28,531 nt of DNA from NCBI GenBank assembly GCA_964525635.1, contig CAZGJX010000048.1, forward strand, positions 1-28,531, given 5' to 3'. Numbering within the stretch: the first letter of the stretch is position 1; each line of letters opens with the position of its first letter. The notes beneath the pieces are model-generated. The model was not told the DNA's origin. It searched no databases and worked only from the letters and a program-made list of their open reading frames with translations. Made by a program: the position numbers and the translations under genes. Shown here one piece after another: positions 8,725 through 18,800 of this stretch. The DNA is from an uncultured archaeon. Lineage in GTDB: Archaea > Asgardarchaeota > Lokiarchaeia > Sigyniarchaeales > SOKP01.

Positions 8725-10374
8725 ATGACAAAATTTTCAATGGTAACTCACAGATCTTCAATGATAGGTACAAGAACTCGAGTAGAAGATTCATGTGAAT
8801 CGGGTTTATGTCCAATATGTACATATGATTGTCCTGTATTTTGTGAGGTTAGTAAAAGTGCCCTTAGAGGTCGTGAAGTACTTTATCCTATGAGAGAATA
8901 CTTTGGGAATTCTACAGCAGGGACTCCAAAAGATTTTGGTTTTTCTTATGGAGATTTTCAAATACAATTTGAGGTTAGAGGAGCAAAAGGCCTTGATAAA
9001 GTTGATGAAGATACTGTAATCTTTCCAAACGTAGATATTTCAACAATGTGGGGAAATATACCACAAAAAGTTCCACTTGTAATCGCTGGTCTTGGTAGTA
9101 CATATGTAGCTAAAAGAAACTGGGATGGATTAGCTATGGGTGCTGCACTTGCAGGTGCTAGTATAACTGTCGGTGAAAATGTAGTTGGAATGGATTCAAA
9201 TGCAAAATTTAATTCAAGTGAAAAATATCCAAAAGTTATTGATACTGAGGATATGAAATATAGAGTAGAAGCATACAGGGAATTTTGGGATGGTACCCAC
9301 GGGGATATTATTATTCAAAAAAATGTTGAAGATACTCGATTAGGTGTTTTTGATTATGTTTTATCTAAATTAGATTGTACTTCCTTGGAGATTAAATTTG
9401 GTCAAGGAGCAAAAGCAATTGGGGGAGAAGTGAGACTTAGTACTTTAGAGAGAGCTCAATTATTACAAAGTAGAGGATATTTAGTTATACCTGATCCTTC
9501 AAATCCGTCTGTAATAGAAGAATGGAATGCCGGACTAATTCCAGATTTTGAGAGACATAGTCGTGTAGGTTTATCATCAACAGAAGAAGTTTTAGAAGAA
9601 ATTGACCAATTAAGATCTGCTGGAGCTAAGAATTTATTTATAAAAACTGGAGCTTATCGACCTGCTGCGACTGCTTGGATTATTAGATTAGCTGTAGAGG
9701 GTAAGGTAGATGGTTTAACATTGGATGGGGCTGGTGGGGGTACTGGAATGAGTCCTGTAAGTATGATGAATGAAGGATCAATACCCACTACTTATTTACA
9801 AGCTTTGACAGTAGGATGTTTAGATATGATAAAGAAAAAAACTCCCAATGCAAAAATCCCAACAGTAGCAATTGCTGGTGGGCTATCTAATGAGACTCAA
9901 ATATTTAAATCATTAGCAATGGGTGCTCCATATGTTACTTGTATCGCAATGGCTCGTGCTCCAATAACAGCTGCTATGAAAGCAAAAAATGTTGGTAAAT
10001 GGATTAATGAAAAATCAATGTCTCGAGGAATGCTTAGTTCATTAGGTTTTCAAAAAGATAAAGATCCAGAAACTCTCACTTTAGCAGAAGCCTTTGTAGA
10101 ATATGATCAATTAAATAGAAAATTCAGTGATAAAGTGATCCCTCCTGCTGCTTTAGGTGTATATACTTATTTTATGAGTAAACTTGGAACTGGATTAAAA
10201 CAACTACTCGCAGGTGTTAGGAAATTTAAATTAAATCTTTTAACCCGAGATGATATTGCTTGTATTTCACAACGATCTATTGACGTATGTAATCATTGGG
10301 ATTTAGGTATAAAATCTCAAGAAGATTTAGACTTAGAGTTAGTAAAGAAAGAAATATATTCTGGAAATTACTAA
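8725..10374 (+). CDS. FMN-binding glutamate synthase family protein, non-canonical type (N-terminal Cys cluster, no amidotransferase)
   Basis: SGLCPICTYDCPVFCEV, RGREVLYP, GLGST, VGENV, NVEDTRLGV, EIKFGQGAKAIGGEV, FERHSRVG, KTGAYRP, DGAGGGTGMSP; clear paralog of 26775..28355. Confidence 0.88.
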   Translation: MTKFSMVTHRSSMIGTRTRVEDSCESGLCPICTYDCPVFCEVSKSALRGREVLYPMREYFGNSTAGTPKDFGFSYGDFQIQFEVRGAKGLDKVDEDTVIFPNVDISTMWGNIPQKVPLVIAGLGSTYVAKRNWDGLAMGAALAGASITVGENVVGMDSNAKFNSSEKYPKVIDTEDMKYRVEAYREFWDGTHGDIIIQKNVEDTRLGVFDYVLSKLDCTSLEIKFGQGAKAIGGEVRLSTLERAQLLQSRGYLVIPDPSNPSVIEEWNAGLIPDFERHSRVGLSSTEEVLEEIDQLRSAGAKNLFIKTGAYRPAATAWIIRLAVEGKVDGLTLDGAGGGTGMSPVSMMNEGSIPTTYLQALTVGCLDMIKKKTPNAKIPTVAIAGGLSNETQIFKSLAMGAPYVTCIAMARAPITAAMKAKNVGKWINEKSMSRGMLSSLGFQKDKDPETLTLAEAFVEYDQLNRKFSDKVIPPAALGVYTYFMSKLGTGLKQLLAGVRKFKLNLLTRDDIACISQRSIDVCNHWDLGIKSQEDLDLELVKKEIYSGNY

Positions 10375-10382
10375 CTACTACA

Positions 10383-10415
10383 TTTTTATTTAATATTTTT
10401 TTTATTTTTTCTTTT
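10383..10415 (+). terminator. Oligo-T terminator tract
   Basis: TTTTTATTTAATATTTTTTTTATTTTTTCTTTT starting 9 bp after the stop at 10374. Confidence 0.5.
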
Positions 10416-10516
10416 AAAACTTCTATAAAACAAACTTATATTCATAAATCTTTAAATAAGAGAAAAACGAAGATTAATATCATAACCAATTTATTTTATA
10501 AAATCACGTGATTTAT

Positions 10517-11725
10517 ATGAAAAAAAAAACACCAGTTTTACTATTGGTATTAGTTTTATTTTCAACCAGTACATTTTCATTAATGCCAATTAATACAGGA
10601 TCTGCATGTGGAAACTGTGATTTCGAATTTGGAGTTTCTTGGTGGGAAGAAAGTGGTTCACAACAATATCTAAGAGTTATTGCTACAGATCATTACCAAT
10701 TAGGCTTACAAATGGGTCAAAAACTTATAGTACAACTTTTAACCTTTGATACTATTTTAAAGGGTATAGCTGATATGAGTGGTATTTCTATTGATGAAGT
10801 AACTTATCTCATGAACTTCTATGATGCTTCGATTCCTGATGAATATAAGTCTTTTATTCAAGGTGTCTCAGATGCCACGGGACTTACTTATATTGAAGTA
10901 ATGTTTCAAGTTACATATATGGATGTCTATTATGGAATTTTACTCCCTATGATGGTTCAAGCAGCAACACAAACCCCCGCAGAACAAATAGCAGGATGTT
11001 CAGCTTTAGGCTCCAATCAAGTGATTGGACAAACCTTCGATTTATGGGGTGTTATGCCACCTACTCTTGCTTTTGTAAAATATACCTTATTAGGTCGACA
11101 CCCATCCACTGCTTTTGGACTTTGGCAAGGCGCTTTTTGCTATCCTATTGGTAAAAATCATTATGATGTCATGATCGTTACAAATCTTCTTCAGACTATA
11201 CTTCTTGGTGATTTCGGTACTCCTACATCAATAAAATCGATGATGGCTTTTGAAACTACAAGAACAGCAGAGGAATTCCTAGATATTATGCTTTCTAGCT
11301 TTCCTGCAGGTTATAATTATATTATTACTGATAGGAGAGGTAATGGTGTCGCTGTTCATACTATTCCAGTAAGTCCATATTTACCTGAAAATGTTGATAT
11401 TCAAGAAATTGATTCATTCGCAGTAAGAACTAATACTTATTTACGACCTGATTTCTTTGCTTTCTTAATTGATCCAACTTATTCTTTCGCTCGACAAGTT
11501 AAAGCTGAGGAATTAGCTACTGCTGAATATAATGACGATGGAAAGCTTTCTACAGGTGAAATAATTGATATTTTACAATATAACGATGGTACTGACGCTA
11601 CTATAAATAGACCATATGTTTCTGATTTTGAACCAGCTACCATGGCATATATTTCTATGGATAAATATCATATTAAATTTGGAATTGGCTTAGTTAGTGA
11701 AGATTACGGAGTTACATGGATGTAA
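10517..11725 (+). CDS. Secreted C45-family (acyl-CoA:6-APA acyltransferase / NAAA-like) Ntn hydrolase
   Basis: Signal peptide MKKKTPVLLLVLVLFSTSTFS (ATG 10517 preferred over GTG 10508); YQLGLQMG alpha-chain motif; GCSALG autocleavage Cys followed by GQTFD; GYNYIITD; RTNTY; S-x2-R motif (SFAR). Confidence 0.75.
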   Translation: MKKKTPVLLLVLVLFSTSTFSLMPINTGSACGNCDFEFGVSWWEESGSQQYLRVIATDHYQLGLQMGQKLIVQLLTFDTILKGIADMSGISIDEVTYLMNFYDASIPDEYKSFIQGVSDATGLTYIEVMFQVTYMDVYYGILLPMMVQAATQTPAEQIAGCSALGSNQVIGQTFDLWGVMPPTLAFVKYTLLGRHPSTAFGLWQGAFCYPIGKNHYDVMIVTNLLQTILLGDFGTPTSIKSMMAFETTRTAEEFLDIMLSSFPAGYNYIITDRRGNGVAVHTIPVSPYLPENVDIQEIDSFAVRTNTYLRPDFFAFLIDPTYSFARQVKAEELATAEYNDDGKLSTGEIIDILQYNDGTDATINRPYVSDFEPATMAYISMDKYHIKFGIGLVSEDYGVTWM

Positions 11726-11746
11726 ATTTTACATCCTCTTTTTTTT
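11718..11746 (+). terminator. Hairpin plus U-tract intrinsic terminator overlapping the stop codon
   Basis: Perfect inverted repeat GGATGTAAA-T-TTTACATCC followed by TCTTTTTTTT, between convergent genes. Confidence 0.65.
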
Positions 11747-11789
11747 CTAAAGTTTTATTATTTTTATTTAAGAGATTTTTAATTTTTTA

Positions 11790-13352
11790 TTACTCAAATT
11801 CAATAGTACTTGGGGGTTTATTTGATATATCATAAACGACTCTATTTATTCCCTTAACTTCATTAATAATCCTTGAGCTAATTTTTTCCAATAAATCCCA
11901 ATTTAATTTTGCAAAGTTAGCTGTCATTGCATCCATAGATTCAACAATCCTTATTGCACATAAAAACTCATATGTCCTAAAATCTCCCATAATACCCACT
12001 GTTTTAAGGGGTAAAAAAACACAAAAAGCTTGCCATAAGTCATCATAAATTCCTGCTTTCTTTATTTCCTCTATTAAAATTGAATCAGCATCTCTTAGAA
12101 TATTTAATCTTTCTTTATTAATAGCACCAATAATTCTGACAGCTAATCCAGGACCAGGAAATGGATGACGGTTTATTATTTCCTTTGGAAGTCCCAATTG
12201 TAATCCTATACGTCTAACCTCATCTTTATATAAATCTTTGAGTGGTTCTATTATTATTAGTTTCATATCTTCAGGTAGAGTTAAATTATGATGAGATTTT
12301 ATCTTAGCAGCTGATTTACTTGTTGTTGCTGTTTCGACTCGGTCTGGATAAATAGTCCCTTGAGCAAGATATTCAATATCAGGATACTTCTCTTCTAATT
12401 CAAATGTTTTTTTTTCAAAAACATTGATAAATTCATGTCCAATTATTTTACGTTTTTCTTCAGGATCTTTAATATTTTCTAGTTTTTCTAAAAAAATGCG
12501 TTCAGCATCAATATAATGAAAGTTTTTAAATCCTAATTTTTCTTTAAATGTTTTTTTTACTTCAATCTCTTCATTTTTACGTAATAATCCATTATTAACA
12601 AATATACAATGTAATCTTTCACCAATTGCTTTATGTAATAAAATTGCAGTAACAGAAGAATCAACACCTCCGCTTAGTCCTAATATCACTTTATTCTTTT
12701 GTCCAATAATGGTCCTGATATCCTCTATTGCCTGTCCTATCCAATTTTCTAATTTCCATTCTTTTTTAGCTCCTGCAATATCAGAAATAAAATTATTAAG
12801 AATTAAATCTCCTTTAGGTGTATGTTTTACTTCAGGATGAAATTGGACTCCATATAATAATTTATTATCATTTTTATAAGCTGCATTTGGGCTTGTTTTT
12901 GTAGAAGCTATTATTTGAAAGTCATTAGGCATTTCAATTACTTGATCTCCATGTGACATCCACACTGTTTCGCTTTTATTTAAACCCTTTAAAAGGTTTG
13001 ATAAGTTTGTAGATATATCTAATTCAGTAATACCATATTCCTTATGATGATGAGCTTCTATATTTCCACCTAATTGATAAATAATTAAGTGAAAACCATA
13101 ACAAATACCTAAAACGGGTATTTTTTCTGTAATAGTATATTGAAAAAAACTATCTGATAATTTTGGACTATTAACATCATATACACTATTCGGACCACCA
13201 GATAATATTATACCCTTTGGATTTTTTTTTTTTAGTTTTTCAATTTCTATATCAAAAGGGAATATTTCAGAATATACACCTAAATCTCGAACACGCCGTG
13301 CAATTAAGTGGGTATATTGGCCTCCAAAATCCAAAATAATTATCTTATCCAT
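11790..13352 (-). CDS. guaA: GMP synthase (glutamine-hydrolysing), single-chain GATase + ATP pyrophosphatase
   Basis: ILDFGGQY, LSGGPNSV, LGICYG, WMSHGD, QFHPEV, LSGGVDS, QGTIYPD, KSHHN, HPFPGPGL, KPPSTIEFE. Confidence 0.98.
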   Translation of the reverse strand: MDKIIILDFGGQYTHLIARRVRDLGVYSEIFPFDIEIEKLKKKNPKGIILSGGPNSVYDVNSPKLSDSFFQYTITEKIPVLGICYGFHLIIYQLGGNIEAHHHKEYGITELDISTNLSNLLKGLNKSETVWMSHGDQVIEMPNDFQIIASTKTSPNAAYKNDNKLLYGVQFHPEVKHTPKGDLILNNFISDIAGAKKEWKLENWIGQAIEDIRTIIGQKNKVILGLSGGVDSSVTAILLHKAIGERLHCIFVNNGLLRKNEEIEVKKTFKEKLGFKNFHYIDAERIFLEKLENIKDPEEKRKIIGHEFINVFEKKTFELEEKYPDIEYLAQGTIYPDRVETATTSKSAAKIKSHHNLTLPEDMKLIIIEPLKDLYKDEVRRIGLQLGLPKEIINRHPFPGPGLAVRIIGAINKERLNILRDADSILIEEIKKAGIYDDLWQAFCVFLPLKTVGIMGDFRTYEFLCAIRIVESMDAMTANFAKLNWDLLEKISSRIINEVKGINRVVYDISNKPPSTIEFE

Positions 13353-13461
13353 GATTAATAAAAATAATCTTCCATATCATAAAATTTTTTCATACTTTAA
13401 TTATGATTTTATTAATAAATATGAAAGTATAAACAAATTTCTTCTAAAAAATAATTATAAT

Positions 13462-13482
13462 TCAATATATCTGATATATTGA
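13462..13482. promoter_or_regulatory. Perfect 10-1-10 palindrome containing AATATA-N5-TATATT (copy 2)
   Basis: TCAATATATC-T-GATATATTGA, about 70 bp upstream of the nuoE start, in the divergent guaA/nuoE region. Confidence 0.6.
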
Positions 13483-13549
13483 TAATCAAAAATTTAAAAT
13501 TATTCTCTGCTTTTAAGAATTTAAACAGAAATAGAAGTGACATGGTTTT

Positions 13550-14050
13550 TTGGCTCAAGATATTGCTTATAAATTGACAAGTAAAGATAAAAGTAGTATT
13601 TTAGACGTTTTAAATCATTATAACAGTGATAAAACTAATCTAATTTCAATTTTACAGGAAGTACAAAATTTATTTGGATTCTTGTCCCGTAATGTTATTT
13701 ATTTTCTTTCAAGAAAGCTGAAAATGTCTCCTGCTGAAATTTATGGAGTTGCTACTTTTTATACACAATTTAAATTTAAAAAAATTGGTAAATATTTAAT
13801 TGTATGCTGTGATGGGACCGCTTGCCACGTAAAAGGATCTACATTAATACTCAATTTTATAGAGGGATTCTTAGAAATTAAACCTGGAGAAACAACAAAA
13901 GATAAATTATATACTTTGGAATCAGTAGCATGTCTTGGATGTTGTGCTATTTCTCCCGTGTGTATAATAAATGGAAAAACATACGGAAATTTAACGACTA
14001 ATAAAATTAAGAGAATCCTAACGAAATTGGAAAAAAAAAGTAAGGTATGA
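13550..14050 (+). CDS. nuoE: NuoE/HydC-like [2Fe-2S] subunit (BfuC type)
   Basis: LISILQEVQ, YGVATFYTQF, CDGTACHVKG, CLGCCAISP; TTG start with GAAGTGA upstream. Confidence 0.92.
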   Translation: MAQDIAYKLTSKDKSSILDVLNHYNSDKTNLISILQEVQNLFGFLSRNVIYFLSRKLKMSPAEIYGVATFYTQFKFKKIGKYLIVCCDGTACHVKGSTLILNFIEGFLEIKPGETTKDKLYTLESVACLGCCAISPVCIINGKTYGNLTTNKIKRILTKLEKKSKV

Positions 14051-14057
14051 ATCAAAA

Positions 14058-15878
14058 ATGGAACTCAATTATCAAAAAAGAACTGTTTTAGTTTGCCGAG
14101 GTTCTGGTTGTAATTCTATGAATGCAGGGAGTATTTATACTTTATTAAATGAACTTATCCAAAAGAAAAATCTAACGGATTTTATTGATGTTAAATTAAC
14201 TGGTTGTCACGGGTTTTGCCAAGTGGGACCTACATTAATAATTCAACCAGATGATATATTATATATTCATTTAAATGTTAATAAAATAGAAGAAATTATT
14301 GATAATCATTTAATAAATAACAATATTGTTGAAAAATATCTTTACAAGGATCCAGAAAGTGGTGAATACATTAAAGACATCAACAATATTAGATTTTATA
14401 AAGAACAATATCCCATTATTACAGAGAAATGTGGAAAAATAAATCCAGAAGATATTAATGAATATATTACAAAGGGAGGATATGAATCATTTAAAAAAGC
14501 AATAAAAGAATTTAATCCTTTAGATGTCATTGAGGAAGTTAGAAGATCTGGACTGAGGGGTCGAGGTGGAGCTGGATTTTTAACTGGTCAAAAATGGAAA
14601 TTCTGTTATCAAGCACCTGGAAATCCTAAATATTTGATTTGTAATGCAGATGAGGGCGATCCTGGTGCTTTTATGGATAGGACAATATTAGAAAGTGATC
14701 CTCATAGTGTCATTGAAGGAATGCTTATTGGAGCATATGCAATAGGTGCATCTCAAGGATATGCGTATATCAGAGCAGAATATCCTCTCGCTATAAAAAG
14801 ATTTGAAATTGCTTTACATCAAGCAGAAGAAGCAGGTCTTCTTGGAAAGAATATTCTTAATACTAAGTTTAATTTCGATATAAAATTAAAAAAAGGAGCA
14901 GGGGCTTTTGTTTGTGGTGAGGAAACGGCATTAATGGCTTCAATTATGGGTAAAAGAGGTATGCCAAAACCAAAACCTCCTTATCCGGCAACTTCTGGAT
15001 TATGGAAAAAACCAACTAATATCAATAATGTAAAAACTTATGCAACAATTCCGAAAATTATTGAAAAAGGTGCAGAATGGTTCAGATCAATTGGAACTAA
15101 AGATGCTCCTGGAACAATTGTTTTAGCTTTGACAGGGAAAATTAACAATTCAGGATTAGTAGAATTACCATTAGGGTCATCTATTAGAAAACTAATATAT
15201 GATATTGGAGGGGGTATTCCAAATAATAAAAAATTTAAAGCAGTTCAAACAGGGGGACCTTCAGGGGGTTGCATTCCTGAAAAATTTTTAGATACTCCCT
15301 TAGATTATCAACATTTAACCGAACTGGGATCAATCATGGGTTCTGGAGGTTTTATTGTATTAGATGAAGATAGTTGTATGGTAGAACTAGCTCGATATTT
15401 TATTGAATTTACTCAAAATGAATCATGTGGTAAATGCACTCCTTGTAGAATTGGTACAAAAAGAATGTTAGATATATTAACTAAAATTACCAATGGAAAA
15501 GGTACTTTAGAGGATTTAAATGATTTGGAAAAAATAGCAAACATAGTTAAAAATACTAGTCTCTGTGGTTTGGGTCAAACGGCTCCAAATCCTGTTTTAA
15601 CAACTATAAAATATTTCAGAAAAGAGTATGATGCTCATATTTTAAATAAGAGTTGTCCAGCTTTAGTTTGCGAGAATTTAATCGAATATCATATAAATCA
15701 AGAATTATGTACTGGTTGTGGTTTGTGTAAAATAAATTGTGCCTCTAAAGCAATTGAAGGAGAACAGAAAAAACCTCATATTATTTCCCAGGAATTATGC
15801 ATTAAATGTGGTGTTTGTTTCAGTACATGTTCCTATAATGCTATATATAAAAAAACAAACGAGATTAAGAATGAGTGA
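14058..15878 (+). CDS. nuoF: NuoF/HydB-like FMN/NAD-binding subunit with electron-bifurcating (BfuB) architecture
   Basis: N-terminal thioredoxin-like [2Fe-2S] (CRGSGC...GCHGFC), SGLRGRGGAGF, NADEGDPGAFMDR, GAGAFVCGEETAL, ESCGKCTPCR...SLCGLG, DSCMV...HILNKSCPALVC, and two C-terminal [4Fe-4S] motifs. Confidence 0.95.
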   Translation: MELNYQKRTVLVCRGSGCNSMNAGSIYTLLNELIQKKNLTDFIDVKLTGCHGFCQVGPTLIIQPDDILYIHLNVNKIEEIIDNHLINNNIVEKYLYKDPESGEYIKDINNIRFYKEQYPIITEKCGKINPEDINEYITKGGYESFKKAIKEFNPLDVIEEVRRSGLRGRGGAGFLTGQKWKFCYQAPGNPKYLICNADEGDPGAFMDRTILESDPHSVIEGMLIGAYAIGASQGYAYIRAEYPLAIKRFEIALHQAEEAGLLGKNILNTKFNFDIKLKKGAGAFVCGEETALMASIMGKRGMPKPKPPYPATSGLWKKPTNINNVKTYATIPKIIEKGAEWFRSIGTKDAPGTIVLALTGKINNSGLVELPLGSSIRKLIYDIGGGIPNNKKFKAVQTGGPSGGCIPEKFLDTPLDYQHLTELGSIMGSGGFIVLDEDSCMVELARYFIEFTQNESCGKCTPCRIGTKRMLDILTKITNGKGTLEDLNDLEKIANIVKNTSLCGLGQTAPNPVLTTIKYFRKEYDAHILNKSCPALVCENLIEYHINQELCTGCGLCKINCASKAIEGEQKKPHIISQELCIKCGVCFSTCSYNAIYKKTNEIKNE

Positions 15879-18800
15879 TAATAATTTAAAAAAAGGTAAA
15901 ATATTCATAGATAATAAAGAAATAGATTTTATAGAAGGAGAAACTATATTAGAAGCAGCTAATAAGGCTGAAATCTATATACCCACTCTATGTTATATTA
16001 AAGGATTAGAACCCTATGGAGGGTGTCGTCTGTGTATAGTACAAATCGAAGGAATGAAGGGATATCCTCCTGCTTGTACGACCCCTGCTCAAGAAGGTAT
16101 GAAAATAAAAAATAATGATGATGAAATTTTAGATTTTAGAAAAGAGATATTTGAACTGTTGCTTAGTGAACATCCATATTCATGTCTAATTTGTTCAAAT
16201 AAAGAAAATTGTGAAAAAATCCGGGATAATGTTGATAAATTTGGGAGAATATTTGGATGTTTTACATGTGCTAGTAAAGATTCATGTGAACTCAGGAAAA
16301 TTGCAGAATATTTAGGTATTGAAGAGATTCCTTATGAATTAGAATATCATAATTATCCTCTCAAGAGAGATGATCCTTTTTTTGAAAAAGATTATAATTT
16401 ATGTATCCTATGTGGTAAATGCGTTAGAATATGTAATGATTTAAGAGGAGTTGGTGCTATAAATTTCATAAATCGAGGGCATAATACTCAAATTTCAACT
16501 GAATTTGATTTACTAAATGTTAATACAGATTGCCAATTTTGTGGTTCTTGTGTTGATATTTGTCCAACTGGAGCATTAAGTTCAAAAAATACAAAATGGG
16601 ATATAGGAAATACAGAAGCTAAGTCATCTGTATGTGGTTTTTGTAGCGTTGGATGTGGATTTGATTATTACTCCAGGCAAGGAGAATTATTTGAATCAAT
16701 ACCAAATAATGAAAATATAATAAATAAAGGTCATGGATGTGTTATTGGAAGGTTCTGTCCTCCTCAATTTAATAATGGAAGAGATAGACTTAAATATCCT
16801 TCAATAAAAGAAAATGGAGAATTAATTCCATCTGATTGGGAGAATATTTATTCTAAAATAAAAGAGAATTTAGAAAAATACGATCCTAAAGAAATTGCCT
16901 TTCTGGTATCACCTAATTTATCTAATGAATCTGCTTATTTATTAAATAAATTTGCTAATAGTGTTATTAAAACAGAGAATATTGCAATTATTTCTAATAA
17001 TAATTCTATTGATATATATTATAACTTATTAAAAAATAATCTAAATAAAGATTACTTATGTAGATCTATTCAAGATATTGAAAAAGCAGAATTATTAATA
17101 TTAATCAATACTAATATTCAGAAATCTCATCCTGTATTGTTTAATCATTTATTTAAAGCAAGAAAAAATGGATCCAAAATTATATCTCTTAATTTAAATA
17201 ATATCAAATCATCAACAATAACAAAGAGAATTTTAGACTATGAAATAAACTTCTCAAAAAAAGAACTTATTCTATTTTTATTAGAGTTATCAAAAAGATT
17301 ATCTGAAGGTATTAATGAATTTAAATTGGCGAATTTTGATTATAAATCGTTTTATAATTATATAAAAGATTTTAAATACAATGAAAAAAATCATAAGGAG
17401 AATGGATTAATTGATGATTTTATTAGTACTATAAAAAAATCAGAACAATCTAAAAGTATAATTCTAGTAGACTTAGACAGAAATTTATCGGATAATTATA
17501 TTGAGGATTTAATAGGAACTCTATTTAATTTATTAATTCTTTTAGATAATAAAATTGATCTAATTCCATTATGGCATTATGGAAATAAAGAAGGTGTATT
17601 TCAAAATATTTCATATAATATCAAACCGAAATCTATCAAAGATATTATAAATAATATAAAAAATAATCAAATAAAATTACTTTACCTTACTGAAAGATTT
17701 GAAAATCCTGAGATATTGAATAATATTGAATTTATCATATTACAAGATATTTATTCATCTAATAATTATGATTTAGCAGATATTATTTTACCTACTTGTA
17801 CATATTTAGAGGATTCTGGAACTTTTTTAAATGCTGAACTAAAAAGCCAAAATTTTCTTAAAATTGCTGATAGTAAAGGATATTCTAAACCTGATTGGCA
17901 AATTATAAGTGAATTAGGAAAAACCTTTGGAAATAATTATGTAAGAGATTTTTCATTTGATAATTCAAAAGATATCTATAAAGAATTGATGTTGGAGAAT
18001 CTCTATTTTAATGATGATTTAAATAGAGAAACTAAAAAGAATCTGAAATTTCATTTTCCCGATCTACAGAAGATTTATTTTAATGAAGATTTAGATTCAT
18101 TCGGTCTGAGATCTTTTGTTTATAGAGGTGAACCTATTTATAATCAAGTAGATGATTTAAGGGAGCTAATTAATTTTAATGAGTCTCTAAAAGATGATTC
18201 AGCTGATGAAATTAAAAAGCAAGAACAAATAAAAACTCAGTTTAAAGTATTATCTAATAAAGAAATAGTACCAAATACATTTGAGCTTATTGTTGAAGCT
18301 CCCTTAATAGCTAAGAAAGCAAAACCAGGAAACTTCGTCATTATAATGAAAAACCAAGAAAGTGAGAGATTACCAATGACTCTTTCAGATTGGAATATCG
18401 ATCAGGGATTAATAAAAATATATTATCAAGAAAAGGGGTTCTCTACAAGAGAATTAACTTCTCTTAAAAAAAATGATTATATTTTTAGTATTGTTGGTCC
18501 TTTGGGTAAAGAGTATCCAATCAAACATTATGGTACTGTATTATTAGGTGGGGGTTGCTATGGCAATGCTGCAATTTACCCTATAGGAAAAGCGTTAAAA
18601 GAAGCAGGTAATAAAATAATCATTATTTTAGAAGGAAAAAATAAGGATTTATTCTATTTGATAAACGAAATTGAAGAAATTTCAGATGAAATTATTTATT
18701 GTACTTCAGATGGCTCAAAAGGATTAAAAGGGAAGATAGATATTGGAATAAATTATGCACTTAATAAAGAAAAGAAAATTGATAGATGTCATTTTATTGG

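Noticed and set aside
13542-13552. Possible homopolymer frameshift (ATG GTTTTTT GG) at the nuoE start
   Set aside because: An in-frame TTG at 13550 with GAAGTGA 9 nt upstream explains the start without invoking an error; cannot be resolved without reads.
15739-15870. N-terminal 44 aa of the 1124-aa ORF
   Set aside because: Overlaps the nuoF ferredoxin domain; ATG 15871 gives a normal NuoG-like start with a coupled overlap.
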